Shown: in pieces, positions 33,870 to 42,738 of the stretch
How the letters are laid out: each line of letters starts with the position of its first letter
Position numbering within the stretch: the stretch's first letter is position 1
The notes under the pieces: generated by a model
What the model was told of the DNA's origin: nothing
What the model saw: the letters and a program-made list of their open reading frames with translations, nothing else
Databases searched by the model: none
From: Pseudomonadales bacterium
GTDB taxonomy: Bacteria > Pseudomonadota > Gammaproteobacteria > Pseudomonadales > Pseudohongiellaceae
Length of the DNA: 64,000 nt
Direction of reading: 5' to 3'
Assembly: GCA_963666325.1 (NCBI GenBank)
Contig: OY762706.1
Coordinates: forward strand, 22,656-86,655
Translations under genes and position numbers: made by a program

Positions 33870-35361
33870 TTTCTTTTTTCCAGTGATATACGCATTTCCT
33901 TATTTCTTTTCTTCCGAATTTCGCCATTTGTTGACTGGAATTACCTTTGCCTCTTGGCAACATCCAAATTTGCTTACAGGTTAAGCCATATTGTTCAGCG
34001 AAATCGGATAAAATAAAATCTACTGGAACTTCTTCACCATGATATTGCACATTGTCATTAATCATAATTACCCGACCGCCAGGCTTCAGCACCCTACCCA
34101 GTTCTGCTGTTATAATTGCCATTTCAAAAAAGTATCCTTCCAAAAGCCGAATTACATGTTTATTGCTTAACTCGCGCACATTTTGATTTAGGATAGAGAG
34201 AACTTCAGCAAGAGCCATCTGATTGCTACTAATTTCAGCCGCTTTGCGTAACATTTTATTATCTTCTGAATATACTTTTCCTAACCAATCGTGCTTACAT
34301 TTATTCTCAACTGTAGCAGTCAGCATATTTTGTCTTAATTTGGAAAATTCTTCTTGATTATATCCAAGCCAAGCAAGCTCAAGCGCATAAGTGCGCGTAT
34401 AATCATAGCGATTTGCATATGGCGGTGAAGTTATCACTAGATCGTACTCTTCTGATGGCAATCGCTTCAATTCCTCCAATGATGAGCCACAAATAAGCTT
34501 GGGAATAGAATTCCTTGTTGTTTGCTTAAGAACGACAATGTCTTGATAAATTTCATTTAGTTTCGCATCAAGCGCAAATCTGAATGGAATTATCTGACCT
34601 TTATCGACTTTAGATCGTAAGGGGCGACCTGATCTATAATCCCATCTGAGATATTGCCCATCTTTTCTCGTATAACTGCTTGCCTCCAATACGGCCATGC
34701 AAGCTAAATCCAAGAGCAATTTGATCGAAGTATTATCCACGCCAGCTAAAAATTCTCGAGCTCGGGTTATTTCATCTTCCGATTCAGTGGAAAAAGCGTT
34801 TCTGGTAATGTTTACATGAGGAAATGAAAAGTTGTCGGAAACTTTTTCTCCGGATGAAACTCTTTGCAGCAACTTATCACCCATTTGCCGCAAATCGCCT
34901 AAGGAGACGTCGTTGGCGGCCGCTGCTATTCCTTTACCAATGCGAACTCCAATAGGCATTAATTCTATTCCGACACCATTCGATTGATTCCACGCAGCTG
35001 TAAGGGGAGTAGTGCCAATACCGGCGAAAGGATCCAGCACTGATTTAGGATTGTACCGGTGTAGAAATCGTTCAACCAATTGACGCGAGAATCCTTCCTT
35101 ATATTTCATCCAGCGGAAACCTGGCGCATTGCGGTTTCCTTGGTATGAAACTACGGTTCGAGACAGGCTTGGATCGATGGATAAACGCGAAATGAATCTC
35201 TCATGAAGCTCCGCCCTGAATGTTGTCTGCTCACCGACCGGAGGCGCGAAAGCTTCGGCGGCTCCTGGGCCCAAGTCTACTTTCGTCCGGTGAGAGCCTG
35301 AAGGCGGCTCGCTTAGAGTAAACTCTGCTGCTTCATTGCCACTAAGATCTTCCGTTGACAT
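33862..35361 (-). CDS. DNA methyltransferase (N6-adenine or N4-cytosine; SPPY catalytic motif)
   Basis: Motif I LDPFAGIGTTPL, then motif IV LVITSPPYANRYDY. Start taken as ATG 35361; the ORF-track start at 35445 is also possible. Confidence 0.85.
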   Translation of the reverse strand: MSTEDLSGNEAAEFTLSEPPSGSHRTKVDLGPGAAEAFAPPVGEQTTFRAELHERFISRLSIDPSLSRTVVSYQGNRNAPGFRWMKYKEGFSRQLVERFLHRYNPKSVLDPFAGIGTTPLTAAWNQSNGVGIELMPIGVRIGKGIAAAANDVSLGDLRQMGDKLLQRVSSGEKVSDNFSFPHVNITRNAFSTESEDEITRAREFLAGVDNTSIKLLLDLACMAVLEASSYTRKDGQYLRWDYRSGRPLRSKVDKGQIIPFRFALDAKLNEIYQDIVVLKQTTRNSIPKLICGSSLEELKRLPSEEYDLVITSPPYANRYDYTRTYALELAWLGYNQEEFSKLRQNMLTATVENKCKHDWLGKVYSEDNKMLRKAAEISSNQMALAEVLSILNQNVRELSNKHVIRLLEGYFFEMAIITAELGRVLKPGGRVIMINDNVQYHGEEVPVDFILSDFAEQYGLTCKQIWMLPRGKGNSSQQMAKFGRKEIRKCVYHWKKEND

Positions 35362-35555
35362 TTTGCAAGGTTCTCTGGTCGCCCTTCCGGTCGCGGTACC
35401 GCATGGGTCCGCTACCTTGAGCCTGATGATCAGCTTCAGAATCAAGTATAAAGCAATCTACTCAAAAGGCCCGGTTTCAAGAAAAATCGTTGGCGCGGAG
35501 AGCCCCTGTTGAAACTCCTGGCGGCCGATGATGTCACAATCCCTGATCAGGGCTT

Positions 35556-35572
35556 CTATTGCGAGAAATACG
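35556..35572. repeat. 17-mer CTATTGCGAGAAATACG (identical to 38144-38160), followed by a partial inverted copy
   Basis: Exact 17/17 match to unit 2 of the 38.1-kb array. CTATTGCGAG..CTCGCGAAATAG forms a hairpin spanning the stop codon of the ATPase gene. Confidence 0.8.
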
Positions 35573-35574
35573 AG

Positions 35575-36744
35575 TTACTCGCGAAATAGCGGTTCAGGCG
35601 TTGACATGACCGAGGCGGGGACGGCTTCCACTTGATCGGACAATGCGTAGCGGCGATTGCCTGGATACACGATGGCTACGCGGGCGAGGCCCAAATCCGC
35701 CAGCGCGTTGCGGATCGATGGAGTCATGCGTGGCGCGTCGGCGAATTTGCATTCGATTCCGTAGAGAGCGTCTCCGCGCCGCAGGATCAAATCGATTTCC
35801 GCTCCCTGGTGTGTCGACCAGAAAAATGCTTCGTCGTGCGGCTCTGCCTGCAAGATCTGCTCGATGACGAAACCCTCCCAGGATGCGCCGACCTTGGGGT
35901 GAGTCAGCAATTCCTTCTCGTCCCGGATGCCGAGCAGTTGATGCAACAGGCCTGAGTCGCGGATGTAAATTTTTGGCGCTTTGACTTGCCGTTTGCGAAT
36001 GTTCGCGAACCATGGCTGCAACTGCCGAACCATCATGGCGTCGGTGAGCACATCGAGATGGCGATGCACGGCTATCGGTCGCGCGCCCATAGCACGCGCG
36101 GGCTCGGCGGCGTTCCAGGTCTGGCCGTGATAGTGGGCGAGCATCGACCAGAATCGGCCCATGGTCGTGGCGGGCGTGCGAACGCCCCATTGCGGGAAAT
36201 CCCGCTCGATCAGCGCTTGTATGAATTCACGGCGCCAGGACACGCTGTCTTCTTCGCGCGTTGCCAGAAACGAAAGCGGCAGACCGCCCCTGCGCCAAAG
36301 CATTGCCCGGGAGTCCGCCTCGTCGTCGAATTGCGCGGACACCTCGCCGAGGCTGAAGCCGCCGAGAAGCACGCGCTCGCGGCGTCCCGCCAGACTTTCG
36401 GATGTCTGCCGCATCAAACTGCCGGATGCGCTTCCCAGAATCAGAAACCTTGCCGGCAAGGGACGCCGGTCTGCCAGCACTCGCAATATCGGAAACAGGT
36501 CGGGGCGCAATTGCACTTCGTCGATGACGACAAGACCGCGCAAAGGCTCGAGCGCCGTCTGCGGCTCATCGAGGCGAGCCAGGCTTTCCGGCGATTCCAG
36601 GTCGAAGTAATTGACAGACCCGGTGTCGAGAAACTGGCGTGCAAGCGTGGTTTTACCGCATTGCCGCGGACCCACGAGCACCACAATAGGTGCGCGGTTC
36701 AACGCGCTCTGGATCGCCTCATGTGCTGTGTTTCGATTTAGCAT
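35575..36744 (-). CDS. AAA_14 / DUF4143-family ATPase with C-terminal PD-(D/E)xK-like motif (copy B)
   Basis: Walker A GPRQCGKTT, Walker B VVIDEVQ, C-terminal GAEIDLILRRGDALYGIECK. Start at ATG 36744 (MLNRNTAHEA..); the ORF-track start at 36822 is possible. Confidence 0.85.
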   Translation of the reverse strand: MLNRNTAHEAIQSALNRAPIVVLVGPRQCGKTTLARQFLDTGSVNYFDLESPESLARLDEPQTALEPLRGLVVIDEVQLRPDLFPILRVLADRRPLPARFLILGSASGSLMRQTSESLAGRRERVLLGGFSLGEVSAQFDDEADSRAMLWRRGGLPLSFLATREEDSVSWRREFIQALIERDFPQWGVRTPATTMGRFWSMLAHYHGQTWNAAEPARAMGARPIAVHRHLDVLTDAMMVRQLQPWFANIRKRQVKAPKIYIRDSGLLHQLLGIRDEKELLTHPKVGASWEGFVIEQILQAEPHDEAFFWSTHQGAEIDLILRRGDALYGIECKFADAPRMTPSIRNALADLGLARVAIVYPGNRRYALSDQVEAVPASVMSTPEPLFRE

Positions 36745-36839
36745 TTCGGAAAAATACCATGAAAATAGTACAATTGGGATTACTTTTTCACGGTAATCAC
36801 TGTCAATATGCAGGCTTGGCAATTACCCAGCGTTATCGA

Positions 36840-38105
36840 TCATTCGGCAATCGGAACCAACGCGCTCAGCGGAAGCGCATGAAAAGTCTTGTCCTTGATC
36901 CGAAAAGGCAGAACCCGATATCCGGTGTAAAGCAGAATGCCTTGCTGAAACTTTGTTCCGGCAAACTCGGAAAAGGCCGACAAGCCGCGAAAATCGTGCG
37001 GAGAGACGCTGGACGAAGCCTTGACCTCCACCCCTGTCACCAGTCCGTCATCTCGTTCGATCACGAGGTCCACCTCACGCTGATTCCTGTCCCGAAAGCA
37101 ATGTAGTGAAACGGACCGCTCGGCCCAGGCTGCGGCCTTGCGCAATTCCAGGTACACAAGATTTTCCAGCAATGCGCCATAGTGATTTGTGGTCAGCAGA
37201 GTTTCGCCGTCTCGAATGCCAAGCAAGGCACATGCCAAACCGGTATCGGTGAGATAAATCTTCGGCAAACTCACGGCAAGCCGTTTGGCGCGGTTTTTGG
37301 CATACCCCGGAACGCGCTGAACGATGAACATCAACTCAAGAGTCTCTATGTATCTCTTCACTAGCCGGTCATCGAGGCGCAGGTCGTTACCGACTTTGGC
37401 GTACTTCAATAGATTGCCGCACAAACCCGCCAGATAGGGCGTCAAGGCGGCGATATTTGTGTGGCAGTCCGTGCGGCTGGCGTAAAGCGATTCAAAATCT
37501 TTCAGCAGCCGGCCCCGGATGTAGGAGTCAAACCACACTTGCCGAAAGCGTTGGCTTTTGCCAACCGGCTCGGGATAGCCGCCGTGGACGATGGCGTCGG
37601 CAATCTGATTGCGAGTTAATTCCGGATAATCAACTTGATGCGAATGCTTCTCCAGCATCAGGAAGTCAATCGCATTTCTCCCGCCGCCCGACATCTCGTC
37701 CGCGGAAAGCGGTAGCAACTCCAACCGCGCCAAATGCCCCGGCAGGGCTTCCTGCACCCGTGCGGAGCCGAATATATCGGCGGAACCCGTGAGCAGAAAC
37801 TTGCCGCGCTGATCCGGCGTCAGTTGGTCGGAAGCTTCCTTGATGGCGGGAATCAGTGCTGGGACATATTGAAATTCGTCAATTACCACGCGCTCGTCAC
37901 CAAGGGAGCGAATGAATCCATGAGGGTCGAACTCCACAGCGGTGCGGGTCGCCTGGTCATCCAGGGACATGTAGCGCAGCGACAGACTCTCCGCCACCAT
38001 GCGGACGAGCGTCGTTTTCCCGGACTGGCGCGGCCCCGTGAGGTAAACAATGCGAAATTCGCCCAGCAACTCGCGGAGCAGGCTCTGGATATGCCGTTTG
38101 TACAT
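36840..38105 (-). CDS. AAA_14 / DUF4143-family ATPase with C-terminal PD-(D/E)xK-like motif (copy A)
   Basis: Walker A GPRQSGKTT, Walker B VVIDEFQ, C-terminal QREVDLVIERDDGLVTGVEVK. Confidence 0.85.
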   Translation of the reverse strand: MYKRHIQSLLRELLGEFRIVYLTGPRQSGKTTLVRMVAESLSLRYMSLDDQATRTAVEFDPHGFIRSLGDERVVIDEFQYVPALIPAIKEASDQLTPDQRGKFLLTGSADIFGSARVQEALPGHLARLELLPLSADEMSGGGRNAIDFLMLEKHSHQVDYPELTRNQIADAIVHGGYPEPVGKSQRFRQVWFDSYIRGRLLKDFESLYASRTDCHTNIAALTPYLAGLCGNLLKYAKVGNDLRLDDRLVKRYIETLELMFIVQRVPGYAKNRAKRLAVSLPKIYLTDTGLACALLGIRDGETLLTTNHYGALLENLVYLELRKAAAWAERSVSLHCFRDRNQREVDLVIERDDGLVTGVEVKASSSVSPHDFRGLSAFSEFAGTKFQQGILLYTGYRVLPFRIKDKTFHALPLSALVPIAE

Positions 38106-38121
38106 ATCTCGATTGTAGCCT

Positions 38122-38204
38122 CTATTGCGAGATTTACGAAGCTCTATTGCGAGAAATACGCATAGTTAATGCGAGATTTACGGGTATTTCTTGCGAGAAT
38201 TGCG
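38122..38204. repeat. Four direct repeats of TTGCGAGAWWTWCG phased at exactly 22 bp
   Basis: The TGCGAG core starts at 38126, 38148, 38170 and 38192. The array sits in the divergent region between ATPase copy A and the ICMT-like gene. Confidence 0.85.
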
Positions 38205-38213
38205 AAAGTTCGC

Positions 38214-38290
38214 CGTGGATTTCCGCATTGCCGCGGACCCACGAGCACCACAGCGGGTGCGTGGCAACAGGTTCGAAGCTGCCGTAACAT
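38214..38290 (-). pseudogene. Relic of the 5' end of a further DUF4143-family ATPase gene
   Basis: MLRQLRTCCHAPAVVLVGPRQCG.. is encoded. About 45 bp (38214-38258) nearly match the Walker A region of copy B (36654-36698). Homology ends inside the Walker A motif. Confidence 0.65.
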
Positions 38291-38319
38291 CGCTCCCGGG
38301 ACTCCCCTGGCATCATGAC

Positions 38320-38841
38320 ATGTTTGAGAAGGGCACAACCGCGCGAGCGACCTTGGGGTCGTTCGCCTTCTTCCTGGTCGCTCCCGCTGTCGTAGCCGGC
38401 ATCGTCCCGTTCGTACTTTTCGGTTGGTCGATGCAACCGCCGCTGTTTGGTTTGCCGGTCGGGCGGGTAGTGGGCGCGGCGGCGGTCGTTGTGGGCCTGG
38501 CCGGCCTGTTGGACTGTTTTGCCCGTTTCGCCCTGGAGGGACGCGGCACGCCGGCTCCGGTGGAGCAAACCGAAGTGCTGGTGGCGTCCGGCCTCTACCG
38601 GTTCGTGCGAAACCCGATGTACGTCTGCGTGCTGACCATCGTTGCAGGGCAGGCGCTGCTCTTTGGCCAGGCGCTTCTGCTCGCCTACGCAGGGATGCTT
38701 CTGCTCGCGTTTCACCTGTTTGTGCAGTTCTACGAGGAGCCGCAACTCCGTCGAAGATTTGAAGGGTCGTATGAGGCCTATTGCCTGCATGTGCATCGCT
38801 GGCGGCCGCGCCTGACACCGTGGCGCGGGTCAGACTCGTAA
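38320..38841 (+). CDS. Isoprenylcysteine carboxyl / phospholipid methyltransferase-family membrane protein
   Basis: ..LVASGLYRFVRNPMYVCVL.. and ..EEPQLRRRFEGSYEAY.. are present, with multiple TM helices. Start trimmed to ATG 38320. Confidence 0.8.
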   Translation: MFEKGTTARATLGSFAFFLVAPAVVAGIVPFVLFGWSMQPPLFGLPVGRVVGAAAVVVGLAGLLDCFARFALEGRGTPAPVEQTEVLVASGLYRFVRNPMYVCVLTIVAGQALLFGQALLLAYAGMLLLAFHLFVQFYEEPQLRRRFEGSYEAYCLHVHRWRPRLTPWRGSDS

Positions 38842-39021
38842 GCCTCCTGACTACAGCGGGCAATGTAGATGGCGTAGTCTGTGAATGAATTTCGCAGAGA
38901 TTGCCGGAGCGCCTTATAGGACGCCTCGGCTGAAAACTATGTAGTCACACAGTAGTCTTGATTCGATTTTTGCGGTGCGTCATACTTTCGATCATGAATT
39001 TGGCGACGGGAGCGATTCGTC

Positions 39022-39285
39022 ATGGAACTTGCATTGCGTGAAGCAAAAGCTCGCTTGTCCGAACTGATTGCCGCGGCGCGAAACGGTGAGCGGGTCGTCA
39101 TCACCAGGCATGGCCGGCCGGTCGTTGAACTGGTGCGCTGCGATCAGCGGGGCGGTATTGATTTCGAGAAACTGGATGCGGCGCGTCGCCGGCTCGGAAT
39201 CGAAGGAGATGGAGAAGGTTGGCCGGAAGAATTTAACGATCCAGCATTTAGTCGCGAGGTTCTTGGCCTCGACAAAGATACTTAG
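39022..39285 (+). CDS. vapB: Phd/YefM-type antitoxin (VapB-like)
   Basis: MELALREAKARLSELIAAARNGERVVITRHGRPVVELV. Confidence 0.85.
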   Translation: MELALREAKARLSELIAAARNGERVVITRHGRPVVELVRCDQRGGIDFEKLDAARRRLGIEGDGEGWPEEFNDPAFSREVLGLDKDT

Positions 39286-39293
39286 GCTATCTA

Positions 39294-39701
39294 ATGCGTT
39301 TGTTGCTCGATACGTCTTACCTATACGACATTATGGACAAACCCGGAGCGTTTCTGGAGCAGGAGCGCCGGATTCTCGCGGCTGGTGACGCTGAATTTCA
39401 TGTGAGTTCGGTTTCGCTCTGGGAACTGCGATTGAAACATAACGCCCGTCATCCGTCAGGGGATCGCAAAACCCGCTTCTCGCCCGAGGACGTGATCACA
39501 GTGCTGGCGGATCAGGAAATAGTATTTCTGCCGATGACAATTACCCATGCCGTGCAGGAACTCGAGCCGCCACTCCGTCACAAGGATCCGTTCGATGAGT
39601 TGTTACTGGTACAAGCCCAGGAGGAAGGACTCAAGCTGCTAACCGCAGACAAACTCCTTGTCGGTCATCCTCATGCAGTTTCCGCGCGAGAGCTTCAGTA
39701 G
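39294..39701 (+). CDS. vapC: PIN-domain toxin (VapC, COG3744-like)
   Basis: MRLLLDTSYL.., ..SLWELRLK.. and ..DPFDELLLVQAQEEGLKLLTAD... Confidence 0.85.
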   Translation: MRLLLDTSYLYDIMDKPGAFLEQERRILAAGDAEFHVSSVSLWELRLKHNARHPSGDRKTRFSPEDVITVLADQEIVFLPMTITHAVQELEPPLRHKDPFDELLLVQAQEEGLKLLTADKLLVGHPHAVSARELQ

Positions 39702-39748
39702 TCATGTCAGATCAAAGGGACACCCAAGTGGGCATCCTTTCGTAACAT

Positions 39749-40720
39749 TTACTCCGAAGGCGAAAACAGCGCCACTGGCGCCTTGAGCCAGTCCCTTTGC
39801 TCGTTGGTTACGATTATTGTATCCGCGTCAAGCCAGGCGACGGCTTCGGCCTGTCGGGCGGTATCGATATTCAGTGCCAACTTGCGGGACGGGGCCGATA
39901 GCCACATATCGCCCGTCTCGGGCCGCTCGAAAAGCCAGATTGCAGTGTAGGAAAGCACCGCCAGGGTTTGGCCATCAGGCGATAACTCGGCGGCGGTTGC
40001 GAAAGTGAGTTCGGGATGATGGTCGATCAAGGTCAGCGCGTTCGATGCTGATTCGGATTGCGAATCAAGTCTAAAGAGATTCGCTCCCGGTTCCGCCTGC
40101 TGAATCGGAACCGGCTGCCTATGCTTGGTGATCGCATACAGGCTGCCATCGGCGAAAAACAGGCTCTCGCTGTCGAAATGCCGCTCCAGCGGGGGAAATC
40201 CGGTCTGTTCGGGATAATGGACTGGAATGAATCGAGTCGCGGTCGCAGTCGCAGTCTGCGTATCGCTTAACGACTCCCAAGGCACGACATAAATGCCCAG
40301 GTCTCGGCGGGCATTGCGGTTGTTGCCCATGTCGGCGATGTACAAATTGACGCCGTCGGTGGTTACGTCTTCCCAGTCTTGATTAACCGCGTTATCGATG
40401 TGAACCCCGGGCCAGGGTTCCTTATCTGCTTCCACCGCTTCGCCGTGAAAGTCGTCGGCAAGGCTTTCGGGAATTTGCACTCGTCCCTCTGCGTCCAGAG
40501 CAAACAGTCGCGGTTCGTCTCCGCTGTCGTTATGCACCCAGAAAGAGCCATCGAGGGGATTGCGGATGATTCCGCTCATTTCGCCGATGGGCTCGAATTC
40601 AACCCGGTGGGAAACTTCCAGCCGATGCCCTTCGTCATCTTCGCTACCGCAGGAAGCAAGAACGACAACAACGGCCAACACAAATGATCTATTCAGGCTT
40701 TGGCTACCCCGCATGGCCAA
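39749..40720 (-). CDS. Hypothetical lipoprotein (beta-propeller-like)
   Basis: Lipobox VLASCG. Repeated ..SGI..WVHNDSGD.. and ..LYIADMGNN.. motifs. No confident family assignment. Confidence 0.65.
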   Translation of the reverse strand: MAMRGSQSLNRSFVLAVVVVLASCGSEDDEGHRLEVSHRVEFEPIGEMSGIIRNPLDGSFWVHNDSGDEPRLFALDAEGRVQIPESLADDFHGEAVEADKEPWPGVHIDNAVNQDWEDVTTDGVNLYIADMGNNRNARRDLGIYVVPWESLSDTQTATATATRFIPVHYPEQTGFPPLERHFDSESLFFADGSLYAITKHRQPVPIQQAEPGANLFRLDSQSESASNALTLIDHHPELTFATAAELSPDGQTLAVLSYTAIWLFERPETGDMWLSAPSRKLALNIDTARQAEAVAWLDADTIIVTNEQRDWLKAPVALFSPSE

Positions 40721-40777
40721 CTCCCAAGAGGATGCGGGCCGGCTCGAAATGCTCAGAACCGGCCCACACGGGAAGAC

Positions 40778-41656
40778 CTACCCGCTTTCGCCCCGAGTCT
40801 TCGGGTGCGCCAGCAGCCACTCGATCACCTGTTCGGCAAAAGTATCTGACAACACAGGCGAATGTGCGCCGGCCGGAATCGTCCACAATTCCGCTGAACC
40901 GCCGGCCCTGCAGCCGGCCTCGAACAGATAAGTGCCGGATTCATGCCCGGGCAGGCTTGCATCGAGATCGCGCAACTCGCGCCCCGCGCCTTCCATCGAG
41001 CAGCCGTTGTAGGTCGCCCAGCGCCGCACGGTGCCCAGCGCGCCGGGATAGCGGACGTCCTGGATGTCGCCGCCGCCGTAGACGATCACCGAGTCGGCGG
41101 AACCGTGAATCTGCAGGATGTGTACGCCATTGGGCGGCGCTTCACGCATTCCCATGTGGTTGGCGCCGGCCAAGCTGACGATCGCGGCGATTGTGTCCGA
41201 GTGCTCGTAGGCCATGCGGAAGCTCATGAAGCCACCGTTGGAATGCCCGATCAGGTAGACCCGATCCTCGTCGACGCTGTATTCCGATTTCATTTCATCG
41301 ATGACCGAGGCGATGTAAGCAGAGTCGTCCACTTCGGATTCGAAGAAATTGCAGCAGGCATCGCTGGCGTTCCAGAAACGGTTCTGGTCGCCGCCGGACT
41401 CGCGCGTGCCGTCCGGGGCCACGAACAGGAAGCCATAACTGTCGGCGAGTTCGCTGAAACCCATATAAGTGTCCTGGTTGGCGCCGCTGGATGTGTATCC
41501 GTGCAGCAGCACCACGAGCGGCGCAGGAGTGCCGTCGTCATAGCCTTCGGGCACAGTTACCGGCAGTTCGCCGCGGCCGAGGTCGATAGACTGGGCGGAC
41601 AGGTTGCCGATGAATAGCGCGGCACAGGCGGCGAGCAGTATTTTGCTGGTGTTCAT
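40778..41656 (-). CDS. PHB-depolymerase-family esterase (COG3509-like alpha/beta hydrolase), secreted
   Basis: Signal peptide MNTSKILLAACAALFIGNLSAQS. LVVLLHGYTSSG, WNASDACCNF, and nucleophile elbow GHSNGG. Start trimmed to 41656. Confidence 0.8.
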   Translation of the reverse strand: MNTSKILLAACAALFIGNLSAQSIDLGRGELPVTVPEGYDDGTPAPLVVLLHGYTSSGANQDTYMGFSELADSYGFLFVAPDGTRESGGDQNRFWNASDACCNFFESEVDDSAYIASVIDEMKSEYSVDEDRVYLIGHSNGGFMSFRMAYEHSDTIAAIVSLAGANHMGMREAPPNGVHILQIHGSADSVIVYGGGDIQDVRYPGALGTVRRWATYNGCSMEGAGRELRDLDASLPGHESGTYLFEAGCRAGGSAELWTIPAGAHSPVLSDTFAEQVIEWLLAHPKTRGESG

Positions 41657-41729
41657 GGAGAATTCCTCGTGGATTGAGTCTGGTTGCTTTCCGTTTTCAA
41701 GTCGGTCGAGCGATGAGCGATGAGCAGGG

Positions 41730-42707
41730 TCACGTTCCTTCCGGCTTGAGCAGCACCTTGCCCGTGGTGCGCCGGCCCTCAAGCGCTTCGTGGGAGGCGC
41801 GGGCCTCGGTCAGCGGGAAGAAATGCTCCATACGCAAGCGCAGCCGGCCTTCGCGGATCCAGTTGAAGACGTCGCTGCTGCGCTGAATGAGTTCCGCGCG
41901 GTCGGCGATGTAGTCGAACAGTGCCGGGCGGGTCAGGAACAATGAGCCTTTGGCGGCGAGGCTGGCCGGATTGAACTCCGTGACCGGCCCGCTGGCGTTG
42001 CCGTAAAGCACCATGTAGCCGCGCTTGCTGAGGCAGTCGATGCTGTCCTCGAACGTGGCCTTGCCGACGGAGTCATAGGCGACGGTAACGCCTTCGCCGC
42101 CGGTGATGCGCTTCACTTCGGTCTTGAAATCCTGCTTGCTGTAGAGGATCACTTCGTCGGCGCCGGCCGCCGATGCGAGTTCGGCCTTGGCTTCGGTGGA
42201 GCAGGTGCCGATGACGAACGCGCCGGCGTTCTTGGCCATCTGGATCAGCAGCAGGCCGACGCCGCCTGCCGCGGCGTGGATCAGGCAGCGGTCGCGCTTG
42301 CCCAGCTTGTAAGTCGTCTGGCTCAGATAATGCGCCGTGCAGCCCTGCAGCATCGCGGCCGCGCCCTCATCGAAGGAAACTCCGTTTGGTATCGGCACGA
42401 GCCGGTCTTCGGATGCCTTGATGTAGTCGGCATAGGCGCCCATCACATTGGTAAACGCCACCCGGTCGCCCGGTTTCAGGCCTTTCACGTCGGGGCCGGC
42501 CGCCACCACGCTGCCCGCGCCTTCCATGCCGAGCGTCGTGGGCAACGGGATCTGGTACAGGCCCGAGCGCTGGTAGGTGTCGATGTAATTCAGGCCGGCC
42601 GCCTCGATCTTGACCAGCACTTCGTGATCGGCCGGGGAGGGGACTTCCAGTTCTTCAACGGAAAGGGCTTCAGGACCGCCGAATTCATTCACTCGCACTG
42701 CTTTCAT
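41730..42707 (-). CDS. NADPH:quinone oxidoreductase (zeta-crystallin/MDR family)
   Basis: MKAVRVNEFGGPEAL..LVKIEAAGLNYIDTYQRSGLY..AAAGGVGL... Confidence 0.88.
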   Translation of the reverse strand: MKAVRVNEFGGPEALSVEELEVPSPADHEVLVKIEAAGLNYIDTYQRSGLYQIPLPTTLGMEGAGSVVAAGPDVKGLKPGDRVAFTNVMGAYADYIKASEDRLVPIPNGVSFDEGAAAMLQGCTAHYLSQTTYKLGKRDRCLIHAAAGGVGLLLIQMAKNAGAFVIGTCSTEAKAELASAAGADEVILYSKQDFKTEVKRITGGEGVTVAYDSVGKATFEDSIDCLSKRGYMVLYGNASGPVTEFNPASLAAKGSLFLTRPALFDYIADRAELIQRSSDVFNWIREGRLRLRMEHFFPLTEARASHEALEGRRTTGKVLLKPEGT

Positions 42708-42738
42708 GTTGTGGTTTTCACTGCTTGTTTTTTAGAGT

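Noticed and set aside
38122-38204. Possible CRISPR array, also considered for the 9-bp array at 10392-10445.
   Set aside because: The repeats are only 14-17 bp with 5-8-bp gaps, which is far below CRISPR repeat and spacer sizes. There are no cas genes, and no other regularly spaced repeats were seen in the window.
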